From assembly GCA_963834305.1 (NCBI GenBank), contig CAWIAX010000003.1, positions 53 through 64,052 of the forward strand: DNA of 64,000 bases, read 5' to 3'. The notes under the pieces are model-generated. The model was not told the origin of the DNA. It saw nothing but the letters and a program-made list of their open reading frames with translations, and made no database searches. The DNA comes from an uncultured Acidobacteriota bacterium (GTDB lineage Bacteria; Acidobacteriota; Vicinamibacteria; Vicinamibacterales; 2-12-FULL-66-21). The translations under genes were made by a program, and so were the position numbers. Each line of letters starts with the position of its first letter. The stretch's first letter is position 1. Of the stretch, positions 32,572-43,327 are shown piece by piece.

Positions 32572-33671
32572 GGTGCCGGCAGCGCCGGCAGTGGAGTTCC
32601 GGCAACGCCGCGGGCGCGCTCGGTGCCCGCGTCGGCCGCCGGACCGGCCCGCTGCGCCACGACCGTCCGGAGCGACGACAGGTTCTTCAGGACGTTGAAC
32701 CAGAAGGGCGCCCCCAGGCTCAGGAGCAGGATGGACGCCAGGATGCCCCAGAAGTGTGGACCGGCCACTGACAGGTCCGCATAGGTGTGGTCGTGGCCGG
32801 GAAAGATGGTCAGCCCCGTCGCGGCAAGGTCGGCGCGCGTGGTGTTGAAGCGATCGAGTGCCCGCTGCAGGTCGTCCTGCAGCCTGGCGTCGAGCGTGCT
32901 CGTGAACTCAGCCTCGAGCAGCGCCGCATCTTCTGGCGTATTGGCGCCCGCCTCGAGCCAGCGCAGCGCCTGTTCGCGGCTCGCCGGGCGGTCGCCCGGC
33001 TTCAGCGTCACATTTTGCCGGAAGCGGCCGCGCTCGCGCTGCACCAGGCCGTCCAGGATCTCGACGTAGGCATCGCGCACCCGCTCGGTCTGTGCCACGA
33101 TGCCCGGCGACTGCTCGAGCAAGGTGCCCGAGATCGCCTGCAGGCGGGACCGGACGTCGCGGTCGCTGCGCAGCTGCTGCAGCATGGCGAGCGAGTCGAG
33201 GTGGAGGGCGAAGGCCACCACCACGGCGAGCGCCACGGTCACCCAGCGGCTGTACATCACGAACCACTGGGACGTGCGCGACATCGCGGAATCGAACCAT
33301 TGCGTGACGGCGCGGCGCTGCTCCTCCGCCAGATCGGCCAGCCCGCCCGGCTTCACCCCGCTGGACTTCAGCACGTCGTCGAGGATCGGCAGGAGCTCGT
33401 CGCGGGTCAGCGCGGTGGCGCGGCCCCACAAGCCACGGCCCGTCGCCGAATCGGAGATGAGCGGGTGCCGCACGATGCGCTCGCTGAGGGCCTGCGCGTG
33501 CGTGCGGAGGTCGGGCGCGACGTTCTCGAGGAGGTGGCGCAGCCCGTTGCGCAGGTTGCGCCCGCGCATGTCCATCAACGCCAGCAGCGCCTGGGTGAGC
33601 GTCGTGATCATGAGGCTGACGCCGAGCATGATCGTGGCAAAGCCGATGGCGATGTCCAGTTGGTCCAGCAT
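32568..33671 (-). CDS. Conserved hypothetical membrane protein (C-terminal LLSLGAPFWFNVL motif)
   Basis: Three TM segments, WFDSAMSRTSQWF, LHLDSL, GAPFWF; GGAGG SD. Confidence 0.75.
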   Translation of the reverse strand: MLDQLDIAIGFATIMLGVSLMITTLTQALLALMDMRGRNLRNGLRHLLENVAPDLRTHAQALSERIVRHPLISDSATGRGLWGRATALTRDELLPILDDVLKSSGVKPGGLADLAEEQRRAVTQWFDSAMSRTSQWFVMYSRWVTVALAVVVAFALHLDSLAMLQQLRSDRDVRSRLQAISGTLLEQSPGIVAQTERVRDAYVEILDGLVQRERGRFRQNVTLKPGDRPASREQALRWLEAGANTPEDAALLEAEFTSTLDARLQDDLQRALDRFNTTRADLAATGLTIFPGHDHTYADLSVAGPHFWGILASILLLSLGAPFWFNVLKNLSSLRTVVAQRAGPAADAGTERARGVAGTPLPALPAP

Positions 33672-33809
33672 AGAGCCACCTCCGCGGCATCGAAACGTTA
33701 CCTGGGAATCGACGGACGCGGCGATTCCGTTCCCGGCGGGCCACCGCGGCGTTCACGCCAGCAATCCTGTATAGTCGCGGGATTGCAACGCGGGCCGTCA
33801 GGAGGGACA

Positions 33810-34202
33810 GTGGCGTCAGCCTGGATCTCGAGTCAGTCGCTCATCTGGTTCGGTGTCGCGGCGCTGCTGCTCGGGGCGCCAGGGCTGCTGAGCAGCCTGC
33901 TGTTCCACGGGACTTTGAACCAGACGGGGCTCGTCGTCTCGCGGCTGTTCGGCGCCGAGCTGCTCGGGCTGGCGCTGGTCAGCTGGATCACCCGCGACGG
34001 CGGCTGGCACCCGCGCGCGCTGTTCGCCAGCTACTTCGCCTGCAACTTCCTCGGCTTCGTCGTATCGGCCGGGGCCGGGGCGGCCGGGCTGATGACGCCG
34101 CTCGGCTGGGTCCTCGTGCCGCTCTACCTTGCCTACGCGAGCGCGTTCGCGGTGCTGTGGGCGCGTGCCCGCCCGCGGATCACGGTCGGCACCTGGGCGT
34201 AG
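33810..34202 (+). CDS. Small hypothetical membrane protein (about 4 TM helices)
   Basis: GGAGGG SD before GTG 33810, -10-like TATAGT at 33770-33775, four hydrophobic segments. Confidence 0.6.
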   Translation: MASAWISSQSLIWFGVAALLLGAPGLLSSLLFHGTLNQTGLVVSRLFGAELLGLALVSWITRDGGWHPRALFASYFACNFLGFVVSAGAGAAGLMTPLGWVLVPLYLAYASAFAVLWARARPRITVGTWA

Positions 34203-34238
34203 GGTCCGAGCAGCCACCCATCGGTTCCTGTTCCCCGG

Positions 34239-34796
34239 CTACTGCTTCGTCCGGCGCTGCGCCGGCACGGCGGTGCCGCTGCACGCCGCAGCGTGGCCGG
34301 TATCGTGCCCGGCAGCCCGCCGCTGCGGCATGTCGCTCATCGCCTGGATCGTGATCTTCGTGTTCCTCGGATCCCACCCCTGCTGGCAATACACGGCAAC
34401 GCAGTACTTCAGCTCCGGCTCGCCGACGTAGTTGCTCTTGAAGTGGACCTCGTACGAGGCATGGTGGGAGTCGCTGACGATGCGGAAGTAGGAGAACTGG
34501 TAGGTCCCCTGCGACGGCGCGTTTGCCGCCTCGCGCGCGGCCGCGTTCAACCCTGCCCGCGGGCAGCCGAAGGTCAGGGAGTTCAAGTCGGTCAATCCCT
34601 CGCCGGATGCGGCGCTGACCACGATGGGCGCCGGTGATTCCTGGGGCGCAGGCGTGGCCGCGGTGGCCGCGGTTCTCGCCGGCGCGCAGGACAGGGCCAG
34701 CAACGCCGCGGCGGCCGCGGCGCAACCCGCCAGCGTCCTCATTGCGCTCCGCCGAGCTGAGCGCTCCCCTGCCCCGGAGCGGGAAGATGCCGCCAT
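34239..34796 (-). CDS. Hypothetical Cys/His-containing lipoprotein
   Basis: Lipobox LALSC; globular part LTFGC...SDSHHASYEVHFKSNY...KYCVAVYCQQGWDP; directly downstream of the propeller gene. Alternative start 34742. Confidence 0.7.
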   Translation of the reverse strand: MAASSRSGAGERSARRSAMRTLAGCAAAAAALLALSCAPARTAATAATPAPQESPAPIVVSAASGEGLTDLNSLTFGCPRAGLNAAAREAANAPSQGTYQFSYFRIVSDSHHASYEVHFKSNYVGEPELKYCVAVYCQQGWDPRNTKITIQAMSDMPQRRAAGHDTGHAAACSGTAVPAQRRTKQ

Positions 34797-34859
34797 GTCG
34801 ATGTTCCTTTCTCGTGCAGCCGTGCACGGCACCCATGTGCAGCGACCCGGCGGCGTTCG

Positions 34860-36620
34860 TCAGAGGCCGTACTGGATGACCTTGTTGCTGAACGTCGAAA
34901 CGTAGACCCTGCCGTTGGCCACCACCGGCGTCGCGTATTTGGCGAACGTGCCGAGGTCGCTGGCCGGGTTCGCGTCGCTGTGAAAGAGCTGCTTCAGCTT
35001 GCCGCCGTCCACCGCGGTCGCGTCGTAGGCGACGAGGGCGCCGTGCACCACCGCCGAGTTCGCATTCCCCTGCGTGGGATACACGCCCCAGATCACGGCA
35101 GTGCCGGGCGTCGTGCCATTCGACGACACCACGAGCCGTCCACCCGGCATGCCGCCCGGCGGCGGCATGTCTCCCGAGGCGAACTGCGTCCCCTGGCCAC
35201 GGAACGTGGTGATGCGTTTCGTCGCGAAGTCCAGGTTGTAAGCCTTGAGCCGTTCGTTCTCGCCCCACACGAAGACGATGCCGCCCGTCGCGGTCTCGAG
35301 ATAGACGGGCGTGCCGTGGATGTGATGGCTCTTCCCGCCCGGGGTCTGCATCGGGAGGTTGCGGTCGCGATTGACGATCGGCCAGTTCGGATCGGGCGCG
35401 GTCGTCGTCGGGAGACCCGCCGGCCCCTGCGGCGGGTTGGGCAGATAGGTGGCGACGAAGGGCAGGTTGAAGTGCGGCGCCCAGCTGTTCTTGCCGAGGT
35501 TGTTCCGGTCCAGGTTGTAGAGGATGCCGTCCTTGCCGCCGCCGATCAGGTTGCCGCGCTCGGGGATGAGCACGACGCCGGCCGCGCCGAGATCCTGATC
35601 CTCGTCCGCACGCCCGAAATCGCTGAACGCGCTCCAGTAGTCGGCGACGGCGAGCGCCGGCTTTCCGCCGGCCGTGCCGGCGACACCCGCGGTGTAGCGC
35701 AGCTTGACGAAACACTCGCCAAAGCTGCCCGGGCTGGTTCCCGGATCCATGCCGTTGCCGGTGGCCAAGTAGATGTCGCTGCCGTCGATCGCCGGACCGG
35801 AGCCCGACATCCACACCCCGCCGGCGCCGCCGCCAGGGGTGACGTTCCAGACGGCGGGCGTCGGCGTGAAGCCGGCCTCGCGGTTGAGGCCGCGCACGTC
35901 GTAGGCCACGACGAAGCCGTGCCCCGGGCCGCGCGGGTTCTCGCCGTTGATGGAGAACGAAATGATGACGGCTTTGTTGCCGTTGGCGTCGGTCAGCAAT
36001 CCAAGGCCGGCGCGCAGCTTCTGGTAGGGAACCGCGGTGCCGTTGGTGATGCCGCCGCCGCCGTTGTCGGCGTTGCCGGCAATGAGCACCGGCGGCTGCC
36101 TGTCGGCCAGGGTGTTGGCGTCGAGGATCCAGAGCATGTTGTTGCGCTCGGTGTTCGGGCTGTTGGCGGCCGGCCTGCCGAACGTGGTGACGTAGATGGT
36201 GCCGGTGGCCACGTCGATCACCGGCGTCGCGGTGATGCCCCAGCTGCGGTAGATCAGCCAGCGGTCCATCTGTCCGGGATCCGGGCGCGGATCGAATGGC
36301 GGCGCGAGCTGGCGGGGGGCGGCGAGCTGGGCGCCGGTGGTGACGTCGAAGACGAACGCCGTGTTCGTCATCGTGAACACGTAGAGCTTGTTGCCGACGA
36401 CGAGCGGCGACACGTCGATCTTCTCGTCGACGGCGAACTCGCGGATCTTCTTCAGCTTGGGCACGTTCGCCGCGGTCAGGACGGTTTCGGACCGGTTCCA
36501 GCCCTGGCGGGTGTTGTTGACGGCAACGGTCCAGATGTCCACCGCCTGGGCCGACAGCGCCGCAACGAGGGCTGACGCCGGGATCAAGGCCAAGGGGATC
36601 GTACGTGGCAGGAACGTCAT
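34860..36620 (-). CDS. Exported PQQ/BamB-like beta-propeller protein
   Basis: Signal peptide, NNTRQGWNRSE, GITATPVID, GGVWMSG, DQDLGAAG, GGGKDG, TPVVANGRVYV. Confidence 0.85.
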   Translation of the reverse strand: MTFLPRTIPLALIPASALVAALSAQAVDIWTVAVNNTRQGWNRSETVLTAANVPKLKKIREFAVDEKIDVSPLVVGNKLYVFTMTNTAFVFDVTTGAQLAAPRQLAPPFDPRPDPGQMDRWLIYRSWGITATPVIDVATGTIYVTTFGRPAANSPNTERNNMLWILDANTLADRQPPVLIAGNADNGGGGITNGTAVPYQKLRAGLGLLTDANGNKAVIISFSINGENPRGPGHGFVVAYDVRGLNREAGFTPTPAVWNVTPGGGAGGVWMSGSGPAIDGSDIYLATGNGMDPGTSPGSFGECFVKLRYTAGVAGTAGGKPALAVADYWSAFSDFGRADEDQDLGAAGVVLIPERGNLIGGGKDGILYNLDRNNLGKNSWAPHFNLPFVATYLPNPPQGPAGLPTTTAPDPNWPIVNRDRNLPMQTPGGKSHHIHGTPVYLETATGGIVFVWGENERLKAYNLDFATKRITTFRGQGTQFASGDMPPPGGMPGGRLVVSSNGTTPGTAVIWGVYPTQGNANSAVVHGALVAYDATAVDGGKLKQLFHSDANPASDLGTFAKYATPVVANGRVYVSTFSNKVIQYGL

Positions 36621-36803
36621 GGTCGTGCTCCCGAGCGGCCGCGCGCCTTCTTACGTGTGCCGGCGATTGTATACGGCGGCGCGGGCCCGGTGCCAGCCGC
36701 ACGTGGCGGCGTCCTACGGCTCAGGCGGCTCGGGAATGTGGCCGGGCTGCCGGTGCACCGCATGGCTTGTGTCCGGGCCGGCAGCTGAGTAGGCTGTTGC
36801 CCC

Positions 36804-38222
36804 ATGCGACGCCTCATCCTCCTGGCCGTCCCGTTGGCGGTCCTTCTTGCTGCGGGATTCCCCGGTAATGCCGCCACGCCGCCGAACGTCATCGTCGTCC
36901 TGATCGACGACATGGGCTGGGGCGACCTGTCCAGCTTCGGCAATCGCGAGGTCCGCACCGAACACCTCGATCGCCTGGCCGCCGAAGGCGTCCGCTTCGA
37001 GTCGTTCTACGTGAACGCGCCGATCTGCTCGCCGTCGCGGACGGCGCTCTTGACCGGCCAGTATCCGCAGCGCTGGCGCATCACGTCGTACCTCGAAACC
37101 CGCCGCGCGAATGAGGCGAGGGGCATGGCCCAGTGGCTCGACCCCAAGGCGCCGTCGCTCGCGCGCGCCCTGAAAGGCGCCGGCTACGCCACCGGCCATT
37201 TCGGCAAGTGGCACATGGGCGGGCAGCGGGACGTCGGCGACGCGCCGCCCATCTCCGCCTACGGCTTCGACGCGTCGCTGACCAACTTCGAAGGGCTCGG
37301 GCCGCGTGTGCTGCCGCTGCTCGACGCCTACGACGGCAAGCCGGCGCGCAAGTACTCCCTGGGCTCCGAGGCGCTCGGCGGCGAGATCAAGTGGGAGGAC
37401 CGCGCGACCGTCACGGGCTCATTCGTGTCGGCGGCGCTGGACTTCATCAAGCGGGCGGAGGCGGACGGCAAACCGTTCTACGTCAACCTGTGGCCGGACG
37501 ATGTCCATTCGCCGTTCTTTCCGCCGCGCGATCGACGGGGGGACGGCAGCAAGCACGCGCTCTACCTCGGGGTGCTCGACCGGATGGACGAGGATCTCGG
37601 GGCGCTGTTCGACTACGTGCGCTCGAGCGAGCGGCTGCGGCGCAACACGGTGATTCTCGCCCTCTCCGACAACGGGCCCGAGCAGGGCGCCGGCACGGCG
37701 GCCCCCTTCCGCGGCCTCAAGGCCATGCTCTACGAGGGGGGCATCCGCTCGCCGCTGATCGTGTGGGGGCCGGGCCTGATGCCGGCGAAGGCGGCGGGCC
37801 AGGTGAACAAGCAGTCCGTCGTGGCGGCCATGGATATCGCGCCGTCGCTGCTGGCCCTCGCCGGCGTCAAACCGGCGCCGGGGGTGGCGTTCGACGGCGC
37901 CGCGATGCCGGACGTGCTGCTGGGCAAGGCCGAGCGATCCCGGCCACGGCCGATTTTCTATCGCCGCCCGCCTGATCGCGACGGCATCTTCGGCCAGAAC
38001 GATCTGCCGGACCTGGCGGTGCGCGACGGCCGCTGGAAGCTGCTGTGCGAATACGACGGATCCGAGCCGCAGCTCTACGACCTCGTGGCCGACCCCGGGG
38101 AGACGAACAATCTCGCCGCGCGCGAGACCGCGCGCGTCAAGCGGCTGACCGCGGCGCTCCTGGCCTGGCACCAGTCGATGCCGCCGGACGCCGGCGCCAC
38201 CTACACGCCGGCGGCGCGATAG
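36804..38222 (+). CDS. Exported arylsulfatase-like sulfatase (Cys-type, formylglycine-dependent)
   Basis: PNVIVVLIDD, CSPSR, GKWH, SDNG, LYEGGIR. Confidence 0.95.
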   Translation: MRRLILLAVPLAVLLAAGFPGNAATPPNVIVVLIDDMGWGDLSSFGNREVRTEHLDRLAAEGVRFESFYVNAPICSPSRTALLTGQYPQRWRITSYLETRRANEARGMAQWLDPKAPSLARALKGAGYATGHFGKWHMGGQRDVGDAPPISAYGFDASLTNFEGLGPRVLPLLDAYDGKPARKYSLGSEALGGEIKWEDRATVTGSFVSAALDFIKRAEADGKPFYVNLWPDDVHSPFFPPRDRRGDGSKHALYLGVLDRMDEDLGALFDYVRSSERLRRNTVILALSDNGPEQGAGTAAPFRGLKAMLYEGGIRSPLIVWGPGLMPAKAAGQVNKQSVVAAMDIAPSLLALAGVKPAPGVAFDGAAMPDVLLGKAERSRPRPIFYRRPPDRDGIFGQNDLPDLAVRDGRWKLLCEYDGSEPQLYDLVADPGETNNLAARETARVKRLTAALLAWHQSMPPDAGATYTPAAR

Positions 38223-38229
38223 GGCGACA

Positions 38230-39714
38230 CTACTGGCGCGCGGGCCGGCTCGGGCTGTCGTCGGCCTGCAGATCGCCGAGCACGTATTGCATGCCTGCCA
38301 GCAGGTGCGCGAGGAGCAGCTCGTTGGCGTAGACCTTCTCGTTGTGGCCGTGCGCCTCGTAGAAGACGCGCCCCTTGCCGTCGCGGCGGATCCAGCTGAG
38401 CGCGTAGTCGCCGTCGGCGCGCGGGTTCTGCTCCTTCGCCTTGTCCTCGGCGCTCATCTTCGCGTAATCGACGCTGGTCAGCACGCGCAGGTTCTGGCGG
38501 GAATAGGTATCGCGGCCGAAGGTGTAGGTCTCGTCGACGATGACGTAGCCCTTGCCGTTGAACGGCGCGTTCAGCGGATGGGACGGCTCGTCGATCTTGA
38601 CCGTGATCGTCTGCCCGTCGTTCCAGTGGAACTTGAAGAAGGCGCCGATCATCCGGTTGAACTCGGGCCAGGTGCCGACCTCCGTGTCGGGGCCGAGATC
38701 CGTGGCCTTCGCCTGGCTGTTCGCGCCGGCGCCCGCCGGCATCGCCGGCGGCGGCAGCGCGCCATAGCGGCGCGTGAAGTCCGCCCGCGCGAGCCGGCCG
38801 GACCTGTCTGGATCGAGCTGGTCGTACCACACGCCGGCAAAGGCGCTGACTTCCTCGCGCGACAGCCGCCCGTCGCTGTTCGCGTCGCCCGACATCAGGC
38901 GCAGGATGAACGACACCAGCCCCCAGTTGATCGGGCCGGCCCCCGCGCCGCCCGCAGCCGGCGCCGGGCTCTCGTGATACGAGTCGGCCGCGGCGTGAAT
39001 CCCTGCCAGCCCCTTGCCACCGCGCACGAAAGCGAGCAGTGCCTCGCGCCGCGCCGCCGTCGCGGCAGGGTCCTTCGGATCGTCGAGGAACGCGCCGGTG
39101 GTGCTGGCAAGGAAGATGGCGTCGTACTGCTTCAGGTTCGCGGCGTTGATGTCCGCGGCGTCGTAGGTGATCGTGGTGGACCACGCGCCCGTCTTCTTCC
39201 CCATCTCCTCGATGGTGCGGGCAGCCAGCGGGATGGACGAATGAACGAAGCCGGCCGCCCGGCCGAGCACGAGCACACGCCGCGGCTGCCGCGGCTTCGC
39301 CGGCGCCTGCCCGGGCAGCGCCGCCATCATGGCCGCGACGTCCTCGGCTCGTGGCGTCTGGTTCTGTTCCTGAGGCGCGGCGTCTGCCTCGGCAGGCACG
39401 GCGGCGTTCAGCCCCATGAACACCTGTTCCAGGGGCAGCGCGTTCGTCTTCCCGCGGTCCCACTGCGTGTACCAGGCATCGAAGCCTGTCCTGACCTCGT
39501 CGCGGCCGAGCGCGCCGTCCTTGTTCGCGTCGAGCAGCGTGAAGATGGCCGCGGGCACTCCGCCGCCTGCGCCGGCGGCCTGGCCTGCACCGGCCGCCTG
39601 GCCTGATCCGGCCGCCTGACGGGCGGCCGTGGGAATCGCAACCGCGGCAACCATGGCCGCCGCGAGGAATGCCGCCGGGCCGGCGCAACGGGATGCTGTG
39701 TGCCGCAACTTCAT
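38230..39714 (-). CDS. Exported ThuA-like domain protein with EF-hand motifs
   Basis: GFVHSSIP, GIHAAAD, DETY, GRVFYEAHGH; EF-hand-like loops DANKDGALGRDE, DANSDGRLSREE, DPDRSGRLARAD. Confidence 0.82.
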   Translation of the reverse strand: MKLRHTASRCAGPAAFLAAAMVAAVAIPTAARQAAGSGQAAGAGQAAGAGGGVPAAIFTLLDANKDGALGRDEVRTGFDAWYTQWDRGKTNALPLEQVFMGLNAAVPAEADAAPQEQNQTPRAEDVAAMMAALPGQAPAKPRQPRRVLVLGRAAGFVHSSIPLAARTIEEMGKKTGAWSTTITYDAADINAANLKQYDAIFLASTTGAFLDDPKDPAATAARREALLAFVRGGKGLAGIHAAADSYHESPAPAAGGAGAGPINWGLVSFILRLMSGDANSDGRLSREEVSAFAGVWYDQLDPDRSGRLARADFTRRYGALPPPAMPAGAGANSQAKATDLGPDTEVGTWPEFNRMIGAFFKFHWNDGQTITVKIDEPSHPLNAPFNGKGYVIVDETYTFGRDTYSRQNLRVLTSVDYAKMSAEDKAKEQNPRADGDYALSWIRRDGKGRVFYEAHGHNEKVYANELLLAHLLAGMQYVLGDLQADDSPSRPARQ

Positions 39715-39739
39715 GATGGCCCCGCCGGAGGTTTGGCGA

Positions 39740-41569
39740 TTATCCGCCGTTGGTGGCGCGCCGCTCGTCGTTGAAGCCGAACGCGTGGAGCGTGCCGTCG
39801 CGTGTGCCGACGTAGACCTGTCCCAGGGTGCTCCACAGGCTGCCCGGGGAGGCAGGCTCGGTCATCGCCTTGTCGCTCGTCCACAGCCGCTTCCCCGTCG
39901 CCCCCTCGTAGGCGTGGAGAACCGCTCCGGCGCCCTGCCCTCCCGCCGCCGGCTGGCCGGTGGCCAACGTGAAGACCACGCCGTTCACGATGATGGGCGT
40001 GGCCGCGCCGGCGAGGTCGTGCGACACCCAGCCCGGCTCGAGCGAGAGTGCGCCGCCCGTGCCGGCGAGCTTGAGGGCGATCACAGCCCCCTCGGAGATG
40101 GATCCGTTGGCGCCCGCGGGGGCGGTCGCCGGGCGGCCCCTGACCGGCACCAGGATCCACGACGCCGGCGCTGCCGGCGCTGTCTGCTGCCATGCGGCGA
40201 TCGCATCCGCGCTCACGGTGGCGCCCGGCGCCAGCAGCGTCTTCGAGGCGTGCAGCGGCGTCGCGTGATCCGCGCCGCCCAGCGATGCCGCGTCGAGCAG
40301 CAGCACGCGGCCGTCTTTCGTCGCTGCGGCGACGATGTCCTTGTCGTTGTGGCGGATGATGGTCGGACCGGTCACGAACTCGGCCGTCGGATGGGTGAAC
40401 CAGTCCTTCAGCTGCAGCGTCTTGGGATCGAGCGCCACGATGGCGTTGGCCTTGCCGTCGCCACTGGCCTGGCCGGCGCCGATCGCGGCGATCAACGTGC
40501 CATCCGAGGTGAAGGCGATGGCGCCCACCACATCGCCGCCGTTGGTCTTCCACGACACGACCGGCTTGGCGTCGCTGTCGAGATCGATCGCCCAGATGCC
40601 GCTCGGGGCGCCGCCGCAGCCGCCCGATGTCGCGGCGTACAGGCTGGTCTCCACCGCAATCGGCGCGGACCACTTCGCGTTCGGCGGCAGGAACTGCGCC
40701 GGGCGCTGCATGTCCTTGCCGGACGGCAGGCCGAGCACGTGCAGCATGCCGTCGCTGGTGACCACGTAGCTCACGCCCGACGGCCGGAACAGGAAGCCGT
40801 AGGCCCCACGGCCCGCGGCCAGCTCCTCCATCCGTGGCGATCCGGGAATCCGGTCGCCCGCCTGCGCGCCGCGCGCTCCCGGCGGTGGTGGTGCCGGGGC
40901 CGGCACCGTGGCTGCGCCGCGGCCCGCGCCTCCCTGCCTGGCGCCGTCAGCCGGCGCCGCCCCGCGCGCGCCAGCACCAGCCGCCGGCGCGGCGGCGGTC
41001 GGGTCGCCGGTACTCCTGCCCCGGCCCGCCCGGCCTTCCACCGGGACGCCCGCGCCCGGCTCGCCGACCAGACTGCGGTATCCCACGGCGCCGCGACCAG
41101 AGGCGGGCAGGCTGGCAGGCGGCTTCAGCGCCGTGTCCACCCTGACAATCCGTGTCGCCGCGGCTGTGATCCCGCCCGGGCACGCCGTCGTGGCCGGCGG
41201 CATGACGACGTCGAAATCGCGTTCCCAGACGACGTAGCCGATGTCGTTGTCGATGCCGAACAGCCGGTTCGAGCTGCCGGCGACGACCGACATCGGCACG
41301 AACAGGGTGACGCCGCTGGCGGACACCCCCTGCGAGAGGCCGTGCTGCCCGCGCGGCTGGTTGTCGAGCTTCGACGTCCACTGCAGCTCGAACCCCGGCT
41401 GCGCCATCGCCGCCACGGAGATCTTGTCGTCCGTGCGGATCCAGGACGTGCGCTGCGCGTCGGCCAGCGCCGTGTGCCACTGGGAGCCGCCGCGGCCGGG
41501 CTGCGCGAGCGCGACGCTCACGGCCACCGCCGCCATCAGCCCCGCGATCAGGAAACGTTGCGCGCGCAT
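39740..41569 (-). CDS. Exported PQQ-like beta-propeller protein (paralog B)
   Basis: Start MRAQRF after a GGAGGG SD; [38 protein letters not shown]. Confidence 0.82.
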   Translation of the reverse strand: MRAQRFLIAGLMAAVAVSVALAQPGRGGSQWHTALADAQRTSWIRTDDKISVAAMAQPGFELQWTSKLDNQPRGQHGLSQGVSASGVTLFVPMSVVAGSSNRLFGIDNDIGYVVWERDFDVVMPPATTACPGGITAAATRIVRVDTALKPPASLPASGRGAVGYRSLVGEPGAGVPVEGRAGRGRSTGDPTAAAPAAGAGARGAAPADGARQGGAGRGAATVPAPAPPPPGARGAQAGDRIPGSPRMEELAAGRGAYGFLFRPSGVSYVVTSDGMLHVLGLPSGKDMQRPAQFLPPNAKWSAPIAVETSLYAATSGGCGGAPSGIWAIDLDSDAKPVVSWKTNGGDVVGAIAFTSDGTLIAAIGAGQASGDGKANAIVALDPKTLQLKDWFTHPTAEFVTGPTIIRHNDKDIVAAATKDGRVLLLDAASLGGADHATPLHASKTLLAPGATVSADAIAAWQQTAPAAPASWILVPVRGRPATAPAGANGSISEGAVIALKLAGTGGALSLEPGWVSHDLAGAATPIIVNGVVFTLATGQPAAGGQGAGAVLHAYEGATGKRLWTSDKAMTEPASPGSLWSTLGQVYVGTRDGTLHAFGFNDERRATNGG

Positions 41570-41583
41570 CGTGGCCCTCCGGC

Positions 41584-43188
41584 TCACCGTTCGATTCCAA
41601 AGCAATACAGGGTCCCGTCGAACGTCGCGAGATAGACGCGGCCGTTGGCGACGGTGATCCCGCTGAAGTGATTCCACGACGCGATCGGCGTCGCCGCTCG
41701 ACCACAGTTCCTTGCCGGTCTGGCCGTCGAGCGCGTAGATGCGTGGCGCGGCGCGACGTCGGGATGCGCCGGACCGGGCCGGAGCTGAGGCCGCCGCCGT
41801 AGACCGGGCCGCCCGGCTCGTCCCACGCCTTGTCCGGCATGATCTGCGAGGCATCTTCGCCGGCCGCGTAGGTGAACACGATGCCGTTGGCGATGACCGC
41901 TTCCTCGGCCAGGTCCATGTCGCGCGACAGCCAGGCCGGCGTCAGCTGCCACTTGCCCGCGCGCTCCTCGAGCTTGAACGCGGCGACGCCGCCGCCCTTC
42001 GGGCGCGCGAGTGCTCGATCGGCGCCTTGAACGTCGTGCTCACCGGCCCCCAGAACGGCGCCAGCACCCACTGGGTGCCCTTGGCGTCCTGCCAGGCGCC
42101 GAGCGCGCCCCACACCCCTTTCGCGTCGAACGCCTGCGCGTCGTTGCAGATCAGCGGCGTCGTGTGCAGCGTCGTCCGGTGATCCTCGCCGCCGAGCGCG
42201 TCGCGATCGAGCAGCCACAGCCGGCATTCCTTGCTCGTGCCGACGAGGAACTTGCGGCCGCGGTAGTCGATCGCCATCGGCGTGGTGTTGACGTCGAGAT
42301 CGCGGCGCCAGAGCCAGTTCGCGTTCGGCGCGCCGAAGTAGTCGACGAGCTGCAGCTGCTTGTTGGCGTCGAGCTTGACGCCGACGATGCCGTTGCCGAG
42401 GCGACGGGTCAGGGGATCGAACTGCGCGTCGCCGGTGCCGAGGAAGACGCGGCCTTCCGCATCGATCGCGGCGCCGCGGCGTCCCCACAGGCCGCCGCCC
42501 GCAGGAATGAAGGCGCTCGGCGCGGCGTGGCGAGGTCGAAGGAGTAGAACGCGTTGGTCAGCCCGCCGCAGCCCTGCGCGGTGGCGGTGTAGATGACGCC
42601 GTTCTGCAGGTTCAGCGCGTAGGGCTTGCCGCCGCCGGGGATGAACTTCTCGGGGGCGGCGACGTCCTGGCCGTCGGCCAGGTTGACCTGCCGCAGCCGT
42701 CCGTCCCACGACACCGCGTAGATCGTGTATTTCCCCGGCGACGTCTCCGCCATCGTCGGCACCGCCGTCTGGCCGCCCGGGCAGAGCGTGTCTGTTGGTG
42801 CCGCCCGGCGTTGTTCAGCGTGCTGTCGAACTTGCGGTGCCAGATCTGCTTGCCCGCCGCGACGTCGATGCCGAACAGGTCGTCGGAGACGCCGGCGACC
42901 ACGCGCGAGCTCGCGCGGGCCCTGCGGGGTGGTGACCCGTTCGGCGACGAGCGGCGCGAACAGGTTGTGCATCGCGCGCGGCGTGCTTTCGAGCTTCACC
43001 TTCCACAGCAGCTTCGTGCCGCCGACGTTGGCCGGGGTGAAGATCTTCTCGTCGCGGACCCACCCGGTGCGGGCGTTGTCCACACCTTCGGTGAGGAAGT
43101 CGGATGCCACCGCCGTCACGCCGGCAGCCAGGGCCAGGGTTGCGATGCTCGCGGAGCACCAGTTCAGTCGCCGCTTGTCAGGGGTCAC
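41584..43188 (-). CDS. Exported PQQ-like beta-propeller protein (paralog A), broken by about 5 single-base indels
   Basis: Fragments join: [51 protein letters not shown]. Indels near 42905, 42800, 42520, 42010, 41740. Confidence 0.82.
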
Positions 43189-43327
43189 GAGGCGGATCTT
43201 AGGCCGTGAGGCAGACCGGGGACAAGCCGGACTTGCGGCGGCACCGGCGCGTCTCGCAGTGCGAACCGCGGCGGCGAGGCGGCGCCGGAGCGGTGGCGCG
43301 GGGAGTATGATTTTTCGGGGGGTGAAG

